Source: Phaeosaccion multiseriatum
Lineage: Eukaryota > Protista > Ochrophyta, other classes
Assembly: GCA_965112735.1 (NCBI GenBank)
Contig: OZ218953.1
Location: forward strand, 4,216,001-4,280,000
Direction: 5' to 3'
Length of the DNA stretch: 64,000 nt
Below the pieces are notes generated by a model. That model had not been told where the DNA came from. It searched no databases and saw only the letters and a list, made by a program, of their open reading frames with translations. The position numbers and the translations under genes are program-made. Below are positions 36,007-47,671 of the stretch, in pieces. Each line of letters begins with the position of its first letter. Positions within the stretch are counted from its first letter, which is position 1.

Positions 36007-37531
36007 CGATGACGACGACGACGACGACGACGATGATGATGATGATGATGACCAAGAGTCGAAGGACGAGGTGTTCCGCACCGGATTGTCCGGGGGGGGT
36101 CTTGGATCCAAAGCGGACATTGCGGCCTTCTTCGGTGGGAACGAAAGCGAGGTGCTTGTGCATGGTGCGGAGAGAGAGTTCAGTAGCTTGGCCAGTAGCT
36201 CGGCCAGTGGTACGGCCAGTAGCAGCGCGACCGTCAGCCGGAGCAGTATGGGGCAGAGCATGTCGAGCATGGCCTTCTCAGGGGTGGACACGGAGAAGAG
36301 CTCTGGTACTCGCGATTCAACACTCTTTGCCAACCTCAGCAGCAGCAGGAGCAGGAGCAGCAGTGGCAAGAGAAGGGCTGCTCCACGAGAAGGATATGCC
36401 GGAGCTGCCCCAGGGGAGGCACAGAGCACGACTCAGAGTTCTGGTTCTGGAGCCGCTGAGTTGGGGGCCCTTTCCCGGGGTTTGCTCGTGTGTGAAGGGC
36501 TCCGCTTTGCACCCCTTCTCATGCCGCCGCTCGGAGCGACTGTGCAAGGCAGCGGTAGCGGCAGTAGCAGCTTGCCGAAAATTGCACGAGTGGTTCTGCA
36601 GAGTAACCCCAGCAGAGACGGAAATGGAGAAGCAGCAGCGGGCTCGTCAAAGCCGGTGATGCTGACCAAAGACGTTGACAATACGTGTTTCGCCATTTGT
36701 AGAGGGGAAGAGGAGCTCATTGCCCAGGCGCTTGGCGCGGACCTTGCGCAACAAATGGCGATGCAAATAGAGTGGCAGAAGCCTGCCTCGGCCCGCCAAG
36801 TGGGGGGCGCTCAGCTTGCCCTTTTGGTGCCGGGTTCCCTCTCGAGCAGACTGCGAGCTGCAGACAAGGCCCAGAGCGCGTCTGCAGCAGCGGCCTTTGG
36901 GGCGGGAGGCGCGGGAGGAGGAGGAGGACAGGGGCGTCGAAGGGAAGAAGAACCACAGGGCAAGCACGCCAACACAGCGGCCTTGCACATTCTCGAGAGG
37001 CTGCAGCTTGCCCTCCGCCTCACTGAGTCTCCCGGCTTTGCGTCTGACCCTCTGGCCAAGCAGGTCAGGGAGACCATCCTCACGGCGTGCGCGCCCCCGG
37101 CCTTCTCCCCGTCACCGCTGCCTTCTTCCTCTTCGGTGGCGGCGAGCGGGGCTTCTCCTTCGAACACCACCAACAGCAACAGCCACAGCAACAGCAACAG
37201 GAGCAGCATTAGCAACAGCGACGGTACCATGAGCAGTGCTCTCTTCGCCAGCACCATGGGTATTAGCGAACGTGAAGCCATGGGTGCTCAAGCGTCTCGA
37301 CAGCGATTGGACGACGCCCTTGCCGAGCAAGACCTCTCTCCGTGGAGGGTTCCGCCGGCAGCCTTTGAGAGCGCGACTTCCGCCGCCGGCCTGGATTCGG
37401 TGCGCTCCAGCAGCATGGGCAGGGAGGCGAGCTCTGCTATCGGTCCGGAAACACTGCTCTACATGGATGCCTTTTTCTTCTCCAAGACCTCGCCCGACCC
37501 CTCCACCGCGGCCACACCGCAGCCAGAGTAG
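34272..37531 (+). CDS. Unknown protein with three copies of a ~110-aa domain and a polyD tract, 3 exons
   Basis: Introns 34549-34757 and 35086-35205 keep frame; long final exon; internal repeats align by eye. Confidence 0.75.
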
Positions 37532-37806
37532 TGTGTGCGTGTGTATGTACCAGAGTAGAGAGTAGTGTGTATACATAGTACAGTCAAGAGAGAGAGAGGG
37601 GTGTGTATACAGTAGCAGCAGCAGTTGAAGGAGAGCTGCGAGGCCACCCACACACGAATCTCTCATTCTTCTCTCTCTCTCTCTCTCTCATGTCATCGCG
37701 CTCCATAGACTGATTTATGACATATGACAACAGACGATTTTGAAAAAAAGGGTTCACTCATTCTTTCCTGCTTGGTATGTGAATATACAAACGCCACACG
37801 CATTGC

Positions 37807-39456
37807 TCAAGAAGATGGAGGAGGGAGGAGTTGCTTCCGTCCCACAGCGGTGGGGCAAGCAGAAGCAGCAGCAGTTGGTGATATGGCTGCGGCATCAGCA
37901 GCAGCGGAGGCACGCATCATGGCGTCCAGCCTGTCCATCACTGCCACTGCCTGTGCGAAGCTCTCCTGCGCGAAGAGAGCCTGCGCCAGCACGGACAAGG
38001 CCTCTTGCTGCTCGGCACTATCCGCCAGCACCTGGCCGCGACGCTGCTGGCTCGGATATTTGCCCTCCCCCTCCTCCTCCCGCGGGTTGTGGTGATGACG
38101 GTGGTGGTGGTCAGCCCCTCCTCCTAGAACGACAAGGGTGCGCCCTTCGTCTTGACTCACGCCGAGCACACCCTCGCAATGTATGAGCAACACGTGCTCG
38201 GCCGCCCTCTGCGCCTGCTGAGGCTGCCCCGTCTCCAAGTACTCTTGTGCCAAGCTTAGGTGCGCTTCCAGGCAAGTCGCGTGCAAAATCGGGCTGCAGT
38301 GCCGGGGGGGGGGGGGGGGGCGTCATCATCATGTCATCATCAGACGAGCGGGAGAAGGGAAGGGCGACAGCGTGGGTCAGCAGCAACACCACGCGTGACG
38401 AAGCACCTGTGCAAGATTGGTGGTGGTAGGTAGAATCTATGGAGCTAAGGAGGAGGAGGAGGAAGAGGAGGAGGAGGAGGAGGAGGGGTGTTTGTACTCA
38501 CTCGTGTTTCCGCTTCCGCACGCAAATGTCGACACACTTGTCCAGCAGGCGCAAGTCCTGCTTCCTTCTCTCCATCGGGGCTTGTGCTGCTGACACGTCT
38601 CCTCGCTTCGTAGAGACAGTCATTCGATGCGCCTCGTCGAGCTCTGCCTCCATCACGGCCTGGGGAGGAGAAGGAGGAGGAGGAGGAGGAGGAGGTAGAA
38701 GGTAGGGAAAAGGAGAGGAGCTTAATAAGTGATCAACCGACTGACTGATGATCGGACGGTCGCAGAGAGAGAGGGAAAGGGAGAGAAAGAGAGAGAGAGG
38801 GGGGGGCTCTCCCCTCTCCACCTTCAACAATTTGCTCCACCTTCAACAATTTGCTCCGCTTCTACGCTCAAAGTTCACCCCGAAGAAGAAAGATGTCAGA
38901 AGCTTGACTCAAGCACAGTAGCAGAGAGTGGTGGCCACCAGAGAAGTGGCGCGCGCGAAGCTTTTCTGAAGACACCGGCATGGCTGCACACCTCAGCCAT
39001 TGACTTACCTGTCTGCAGATCCAGGTGTGTAGGAGAAAGGCCGGCTCTGACGGTCGGATGTGCAGCAGTTCTTCGAACACCTGCCCCGCCTCTTGGAAGC
39101 TCCCCTTGTCCTCCAGTGCAAGGCCGATGCTGTAGCTCCGCCACGGGTCGGTGGCCGTCCTTCCCCGGAGGCGACTCCTCGATGTTGTTGTTGTTATTGT
39201 TTCACCCTCCTTCTTGTCGCCACCGCGACCGCTCCCTTTCCCACTCCCGGTGCTGCAACCCACTTGGCTGATGGACTGGTGCTCCATGAGTAATTCAAGA
39301 GTCGAGTCTTTGCTTTCGGTGCTCTGTAGCCGTCTCTTGGCGTACGTGCGTTGTCGTGCGTTCTCCCTGCTGCGCTCTCGCACATCCACATTGGGCGCCG
39401 TCGGCGTAACACCCTCCACCACAGCCTGCCCAGAGTCGACGGCCGTCACAGCAGTC

Positions 39457-39487
<31 letters not shown>

Positions 39488-41463
39488 GAGGAGGAGGAGG
39501 AGACAAGAGACCTGAAGATTTCTCCTTGCTCTCTGTACTACCGCCGAGGGCCTCTAAAACACTGCTTCGCCTCCGCCTGCCTCGCATCAAGTCTGTGTAC
39601 CTCTGCCTCCTCTCCTTGTCCTCCCTGGCGTAGTGGTCTTGGTCGTGTCGACTGTGTGTGAAGCACAGCGATGGCACTTCACCGGCCATATAGTCATGCA
39701 GCCTCATCCTTTGAGGGGGAAGGGGGTTGAGGGAGACAGAGGAGAAGTGGGGGGGGGGGTTGGTGGGACGGGGATAGGGTCAGGGTAAGAGGAGGAGATC
39801 GGAGGGGGGGGGTGGGGAGACGAAGAGGAGATAATAACCGCCGGCTGCCAGCCACCGGAGCGCTGTCTTGTTACTCCCTGTACATCGATGTAAGGGCGGT
39901 CTGTGAGTTTGCATGAAGCGAGTCCGAGCTATGGCAAAATGGCGAAGGTCATTCGGCATCTCACCAAACCCTCAGCATCCAGTCAATCCCTCCACCCTCT
40001 CAACCCAAACCTTCCCTCCACCCTCTCACCGAGTCAACGGATCGATGATGGCATTGACAGCGTGAGGTGCTACCACCCCCGGCCTAGCCAGAGGGTGCTG
40101 CAGCAGTGCTGCTTCCCTCTCCTTCAGCCTGGGCCCGTCAACTAGGGAGGAGAGGTCCACAAGATCGCGCCAGGGTACGGCATGTTCGCCTTCCTTGACC
40201 AAGGCGTCGGCCTCTACCTCATCGTCAGCCTCGATGATGTTCAGCTCCTGCGGTGCCGAGAGAGAGAGAGAGGGAGGACAAGAGTATACAGAGAAGAACG
40301 GAACTGGTTTCAAGGAGCTCTCTCACAAGGACCAGTAGAAAAGAAAGAGAAACAGCAGCAACAACAGGAATAGCAGCAATAGCGTCAACAGTGGCAACGG
40401 CAGCAGCCGCAACTACTATGGAGCCTCCACCACTGGCGCGGCGTACGCACTTGCCTCTATCTGAGGCCCCATAGTCCGGGCCGCCTCGAGGAGGGCGAGC
40501 TTTCGGGCCTCCTCCTCCTCCTCCTCGCGCTTCTCCTGGCGCCGCATGCCTCTCCTACTTGCCGCTGCGTCTCTCGCTTCACCCTCCCCCAGGGATGCAA
40601 TCTCCATTCGAGCTACCATGTCATCCAAGGCCTCTGCGCAGCGCAATCAAAAGTGGCGCCGCGGTCCCGGGGGGAAGGAGAGGGGCAAGGGAGTACAGTC
40701 AGAGGGTCGCAACCCATCTTGCTTTTCTTTCTTCTTCTCTGGTTCACGATTGTTTCCAGCTTACATGCTTACATGTTACCTCCCCTCCCCTATCCTCTGT
40801 TGGCCCCGTGTAATTAAGTACATTTCCCCCTCACCAACTTGCTCCGCGTTCAGCTTGAGAGGCTCCACCACTTCCTCTGGGGATCCCTCGTCGTCACAGG
40901 TAGCGAAGTGTGCCTGAGCAATGCGCGGCTTGGCGTCCTCTATCGTGGCTCTCAGACCCTCAATGTCTCCCTCCCTGGCCTTCCGCCTCACTTTGTTCAT
41001 CTTCATCACACAGCTTGACACTGAGCTGCTCGCCAGGGAGATGCCCTGCGTAGTACATGGAAGGGTGGTGAGGGGGTCAGAATGACGGAGCAAAGGGTGC
41101 GCAGAAAGTGAGCACGGCAAGTCCAGACAACCCTCGGAAGTGGTGCACACTCGCCCTTCTCTCATCGCTTACCCCTCGCTCTTCGAAGACCAGATCAGCA
41201 TCTCTCGCTCTCTTCAGCATGGTACCGAACATGGCATCAAACTCTTGCCACAGCTCTTCGTCCACGGGCGGACCGACGGAGCCTCTGGGCTGTTCCTCCC
41301 TCAAATCCTCCGTCTCCTTCCCCCTTCCCAGTTTCTTCTTCCTCTTCCTCTTTCGCTTCCTCGTTCCTCCTGTTGCCCCACCCGAGAAGCCTTCATCGAG
41401 CGCTTCCCTTGCTGCTGCTGCTGCAGCAGCAGCCTCGTCCTCGATTAGTCCCGCCGCCGCCAT
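37807..41463 (-). CDS. TPR-like helical-repeat protein with basic NLS-like stretch, multi-exon
   Basis: RKRKRKRKKK near the N-terminus; TPR-like PWRSYSIGLALEDKGSFQEAGQVFEELLHIRPSEP, EAHLSLAQEYLETGQPQQAQRAAEHVL, EALSVLAQALFAQESFAQAVAVMDRL. Confidence 0.7.
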
Positions 41464-41638
41464 CCTTTGTGATCCTTTTGTGTGTGACACACACACAACC
41501 CAGGATCCCGTTTTTTCTCCCGCCTGAGTGAGAGCGGTTGGGTGTTCAGGGCGGACGAAACGGCGACGACGTTTTTGAACGAGCTGGCTGCGATCCTGCT
41601 GCTTTTCCCTGGTTCTCCTTTCCTCCGGGTGGTAAGAG

Positions 41639-44600
41639 ATGTGTGACGATGTGGACGAGGAAGATCTGATGCTGCTGGACTGGTCTGAGCAAGCACCAGC
41701 ACCAGCAGTAGCACCAGCAGCAGCACCCGCACCAAACACACACACAGGACCTGCACCTCCTGGTCAATCAAGAAGGCCACTCGCCACACGTCCTCTTCGC
41801 CAAGCTCCTGCTCGTTTGGGGACGAGTGTTAGTGCGCGTCGGATTGACGATGGGCGAATTGCAGCAGAGACGCCTGCTGCGTGCGCTCCTCCCAGCGGCA
41901 GCAGCAGCACCTCCTCCAACCCCTACCTGCAGCAGCAGAAGAGCAAGGCACCTGCAGCACCAGTTGGGGTGCTGGAGGAGAACTCAGGATACAGACTACT
42001 GGAGGCTCTGGTCTCGAAAGATGACATGTGGCTGAAAATGAGAGGGTAAGTACGGAAAGAAAGAGAGCATCACCCTTGACTTTTGGCCTAGCTCTTCGTC
42101 TCACCCTCCCCCCTCCCCCCTTCTTCCCCAAGCCGGAAGCAGCACACGCTCAAGGGTATTCGAACGGTTCCTCCCGAGCTCTTGGAGAGCGAGGACGCGC
42201 AGCACGCCTGGGTGCTCTTCGGAGTGCTGCTGGACAAATCCAAGCCCCGACAGGCCAGCAACGGGGGCCTCTACAGCATCTGGAAGGTGAGCGCCTGCGA
42301 GGGACAACTCGGCACGGTTGTTACTACTGCAACTATTCATTACATCCGCCCCGCAGGGTGCCAGATCCCTCTCAAGCCTCTGCCCCTCTCAAGCCTCAAG
42401 CCTCAGCCATTGCCCCCACCCCCCCAACGCTTGCCTGCCACAGGTGGGGCACATGGGCGACAAGGAGAGCTTACTGAGCTTGTTCGTATTCAAGGCCGCG
42501 ATGAAGGAGTACGGAAAGAGGACTCCCCAGGGCTGCGTCATTGGCATATTCAACGCCCGCCCACTGCCTCCTCGGGAGGGGCAGCACAGCAAGGTTTGAC
42601 AAGAGAGAGAGGAGGAAGGGGGAGGGGGGGAGGGGGGAGGGTCAAAGTCTTCTTTGTGTGGGCTACTTTGTTGTGAGTTGGGTATCACAACCCCTCACCG
42701 CTCGCTGTGCACAAGCCATACGCAAGCGGGCCCACTCCCCCTCTTCCTCTCTCTGCCTCTGCCTATTCCTCTGACCCCCCCCCAATACCCTTCCTATTCC
42801 TCCTTTTGTTTGCGAAGGATCTTTCGCTCGCGGTGGACACTCCTTGGCAGCTCTGTCCCATGGGTATGTGTGCGACCTACGGCATTTGTGCGGCCAAGAA
42901 GAAGGACGGAGGAAGGTGCTCTATGGCCATCGATACAAAGTGCGTGACTCCTTGGTGATAAGTTGTTTCGTCTCAGTTTCGTGGTTGGTCAAGGCATCAA
43001 CATTGAGCGAGTATCCTCTTGTGTATATACATCTTTGCCCGTATCCTGTGACCTGAACATATTCTATCACTCTCTTTCACTTTCTCTCTCTCTTTTGTTC
43101 TCTCTTATCTCTCCCCCTCTCCCCCTCTCTCTTGTTCTTTGCTCTACAGAAAGAGTCCGTTCTGTGCCTATCACGCCGCGGGGGAGTTGCGCAAGCTGAA
43201 TATGCCCAATGGCGTCAAACGCAGCAACGCGGCCAACAACAACTTCCAGAAGGAGAGAGCAAAGGTGATGGATGGATGGATGGATGGATGGATGGATGGA
43301 TGGACGCATGCATGCATGCATGCATGACCGCGCATGTGCATGTTGCCCTTCAACGCACACTCACGCACGCACACACACTCACGCACGCACACGCACGTAT
43401 GCACACACACACACGCACGCACGCACGCACGCATACGCGTATGCTCCCTCTGCTTTTCCCGTGGCGCCTTCGCCCTCCTTCCGCGAATCCGCAACAAGAA
43501 TCCGACCACTCATTTCGTGCGTCCCGCATCCTTCTACCATTACCCCTCGTTCCTCGCCCTTCAGTCCTTGCACGACAGCCAACTCAAGGCCACTCCGTAC
43601 GGAAGAGGGGGTGATGCCACTGCAGCGATGGCTCCAGCGGAGAGAGCGAGGCGTGCGCAGGAGTTGGCAAACAGCCGCAGACAGGGCCAGCAACCGCAGG
43701 TGAGTCGAGCCTTCCTTTCCCTGTTAGTGTAACGGATTGTAACGGTCGTCTAACGGTCGTGGTAATGGTAGAAAACATCCACAGCCGTAACGTGTCTTGC
43801 TGTTGGTCGCCCCTTGTCTTCCTTCCGTCTCTCTTGTCTTGTCGCCCATTCACCAATCAGGGTATGGGAACCACGAGGAAGAAAGGCCCCATGCAGGGCA
43901 AAGACCTCATGGCCACTCTGTCCCAAAGGACCCAACAAAGGAGCAGTAGTGCTTGGAAGGGCTCTTCGTCCACCGCGCCACCGTCCGCAGTAGCTTCTAC
44001 GAACAGCATTATTGGCGCGGGGCGACCAGGGGCAGGTGCAGGGGCAGGGGATGGCAGTGGAGGGGCCGGGGCGGCCAGACGACAGCGTCGTCCTGGCACT
44101 GCTACTGCCCCTGTCCGCTGCAAAGCTGCGGATTCTCTCCTCCGAGGGGCGCCGAGGACGGGTGAGGGTCAGGGTCAGGGTCAGGGTCAAAGTCAGGTTC
44201 AGAGCCAGGGTCAGAGTCAGGGTCAGAGTCATGGTCAGGGTCAGAGTCAGGGTCAGAGTCAGGGTCAGAGTCAGGGTCAGAGTCCGGGTCAGAGTCAGGG
44301 TCAGAGTCAGGGTCAAGGTCAGAGTCCGAATGGAGCGCCCCCCCCCTCCCGCATGCGTGCAGTCGCATCCAGCAGCGGCGGCAGCAGGAGTAGCTACAGC
44401 AGAGATGGGACTCGACGCAGTGCTGGCAGCAACAGTGAGGGCCCATCGTCTTCGACAGCAGTCAAAGTGAATCCGTACTCATCAAAGGCCAAGGCCGGTC
44501 AAATGCAGACTCAGCTGCGAGCTGGGCCGCTCCTGTCGCCTCGGACTCCGGCGTCATCCCCTGGGGTACCTTCGCACTCATCAATGTCGAACGAGTCGAA

Positions 44601-47445
44601 CGAGTCGTGCGTGTCGTCATCGGCGTCGGGTGGGAGTGGGGGTGGTCTTGGAGACGGTAGGCTGCCTCTTGGGCAGCGGCAGGAACAGTTGGTGATGAAG
44701 CAGCAGCAAGAACGGCAACGACAGGAGGAACAGAACGAGAGGAAAGACAAGACGAAGAAGCAGCAGCAGCAGCAGCAGCAGGAGCAGCACCAGAAGCCCC
44801 GCGATACTCTGGGCGAGCTGCTGGCACCTCGTCAGACAGAGACAGACACACGCAGAGCCACCAGCAGCGCCTCGACTGGAGCAGCAGCAGCACCGGCAGT
44901 GGCAGTTGGTGATACAGTTTCTCCTGCCGCTACGGGACGGAGCAGCCAGAGTCAACGGAATAGACCGCAAGCAAGCAGTGAAGGTGAAGGAGGTGGTGCG
45001 GGGGCCATGCGAGGAGTACGCGTAGTTCCTGTCGGTCGAAGGACCTCGGTCGAAGCGGAGTCAAAGGGCATCACGCTGGACCACGACGACCGCTTCGATG
45101 GGAGCGTGAGGGTGCCGCAAGAGTCGGAACTGTTCAGGGCGAACAACGAGCAGGCTTGGAGACAAAGCAGGAAACGCGATTTGGACAAGGTATGTAAAGT
45201 GGCAGGGGCAGTAGTCATTGGGATGAATAAATTGTGGCAGTAGACGGCGGACACACTGCTCTTCTGTGGAAGAAACCTCGGCCCTGCTGGTACTTATCCT
45301 TCTCTCTCCCTCTCTCTCTCTTGCTCTCGCTCTCTCCCACTCTCGCTCTGTGGTGCCTATCTGGCTCCATCGACTCTGCCCTTTTGCCTCTCTCTCTCTG
45401 GCCTCTGCCCATATGCCTTTTCTCTCTGCTCTCTATACGGCCTCTGCAGAGGGCTCAGGAAGAGGAATCAAGGCGCGAAATGGAGCGGAGGAAGGTGGAG
45501 CGGGCCAACGAGAAGGCCAAAGCGTACATCCAAAGCAGGAAGGCAGGCACCGGGGGCCTGACCGGACAGTCAGCGCAGTCAGCAGCAGCAGGTCGAGGGG
45601 CGCCACCACTGACTTTGGCAGAGGAGGCGAAGGCGAGGGCGAGAGGCCTTGGTCATCATCATCATCATAATCAGCAGAGAGGGACCTTGTCGAGGAGCAT
45701 TGGCGGCCTTCGGACCAGCCACTCTTCTGGTGGGTTGGGGTGCGTCGCGGGCAAAGGTGGCGCATCCGCCGTGGCGCCCCCCTCCTCCAAGAGGCTCAAG
45801 CTCACGCTCACCGCCGAAGAGAGGGAAAAGCTCTTGAAAGCCGACTCAAGGTGCGCCCACCTGCCTGTCTACCCACCTACCCATCTGCCCACCTACCCAC
45901 CTGCCTATCTACCCACCTACCCATCTGCCCACCTACCCACCTGTCTATCTACCCACCTACCCATCTGCCCACCTACCCACCTGTCTATCTGCCCATCTGC
46001 CCACCTACCCGCCTACCCACCTGCCTACCTGCCCATCTGCCCACCTACCCGCCTACCCACCTGCCTACCTGCCACCTGTTTGACTGCCCCTGCCTTCCCC
46101 CCCTTCCCCGGGGAGGTGATGCGCTGCAAACCCAACCGATCGATCGATCTGCATTTTGAGTCCTTTCTCTGCTGCTACTGCTGCTGCTGTTGCTTGTGGA
46201 TGGCTCTAATCACTGATTGCTTGGTTGATGGCTTGGTTGTATGTTTGGTTGATTGACATGTATTGATTGATGGACAAGGTTTGCCAAAGAGGCGGAGGAG
46301 GAGCGAGGAGAGGCCGTGGAGGCGGCCTTGGATAAGCTGGAGAAGAAGGAGGCGCTCGTCGAGCAGCTAGAGGACGTTACAGAAAAATCCGTCCGGGCCT
46401 TCTTCTGCCAGCAGTGCCGACAAAAGAGGGAGCACTTCAACAAGGTTCGATCGATACGTAATAGGGGGAGAATGAGGAGGGGAGGACAGGACGCTCAGAG
46501 CGAGAGGAGGTTGCCGGCAGGAATATAATTGACCTGGGCTTCACAGAGAGAGAGAGAGAGAGAGAGACAGGCAAATAGAAGACAGGAGACAAATTAGACT
46601 GATAGACAGGATGCTTGGACAACCAACTCGCTCATGGGGTCGTAGTCCTTGTTCTCTTGTGCCTTGTACCTCAATCCGGCGTATTTGCGTGTGTGCTCCC
46701 CCCCTCTTGCTCTCTCTTCCTCCCTCTGACTCCGTCCCTCCTCCTGTCTGCCTTGCCTCTGGCGGCTCCCCCCCTTCACCCCTCTTCTTAACCCCTTTCT
46801 TCCACCCCTCCGTCACCCCCCTCATTCTCCTTGAAAGGCGTGCAAGGCAATGGGCCATGCGCAGGCGACGATTCAGGCGACGATGCGCTTCTGGCGCTGT
46901 GAGCAGGTCAGAGTGAGCAGGGGGGCAGAGAGAGAGGCACAGAGAGAGAGGGGGGGGAAGAGAGAAAGAGGAGGGGAGAGAGAGAGGGAGAATAAATATA
47001 AAGGGAGGGAGAGAGAGCGGGTAAGCGCGAGCAGTGAGGCAAACAGGAGGGAGGGAAGAAGAGGGCCCCGCCCACAAGCCTCCCTCCCTGCGTGAAGGAA
47101 GGCCCTCTGTGTTGACCATGACGACAGGGCTTACGGAAGGAAGGCGTCGACGCTCCAGCCCGAGCCGCTTGCCTCTACTTGACACATTCTCTTCTGTCTT
47201 TCCTCTCGTCCCCCCTCCCCTCCCCTCCCCTGTTCCCCTCCTCCTCCCCTCTGTCGCAGTGCAAGAGGCACACCCGTACTCTCGACACTCTGCACCCCCC
47301 TCACAAGTGCAGCTCCTGTGGGCACGACGCTCTCCTCCGAGATGGGTCCTACTCGGGGCGGAGGGAGGCAGAGCGTGTGCGGCCCGTGGCGGCTCTCTCG
47401 GAGTGGACGAGCCGAGTGGAGCTCGCCAGTGTCAGCCAAATGTAA
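41639..47445 (+). CDS. MCM10: DNA replication factor MCM10
   Basis: EENSGYRL, OB fold WVLFGVLLDKSKPRQASNGGLYSIWK..LFVF..GCVIGIFNA, CCCH finger GICAAKKKDGGRCSMAIDTK|KSPFCAYH, C-terminal Zn motifs FFCQQC..CKAMGH..RFWRCEQ|CKRH..CSSCG. Confidence 0.9.
44161..44325 (+). repeat. Coding 12-bp minisatellite (CAGGGTCAGAGT)n encoding (QGQS)n within MCM10
   Basis: In frame within the long exon 43861-45189. Confidence 0.85.
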
Positions 47446-47671
47446 CGTCAAGAACAGGGCTCGCTCTCTCTCTCTCACACACACAGTTGAGAGAAGGATG
47501 TGCCCCCACTACATTCTTGGTTTTGGTTAATCCTTTAATTAATTACATACAACCAACCAAAGGCAGGGCAGGAGGGTTTGTCGACCGATGGTCTGACAAG
47601 CACGCACGACATGGAACGAGGAAAGGAAAGGAAAGGTAGTCAAAAGAAGATGGAAAGGATCTCAAAACACA

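Noticed and set aside
44161-44325. TCAGGG-like array as interstitial telomeric repeat
   Set aside because: Alternates with TCAGAG and is in frame as Gln-Gly-Gln-Ser within an MCM10 exon
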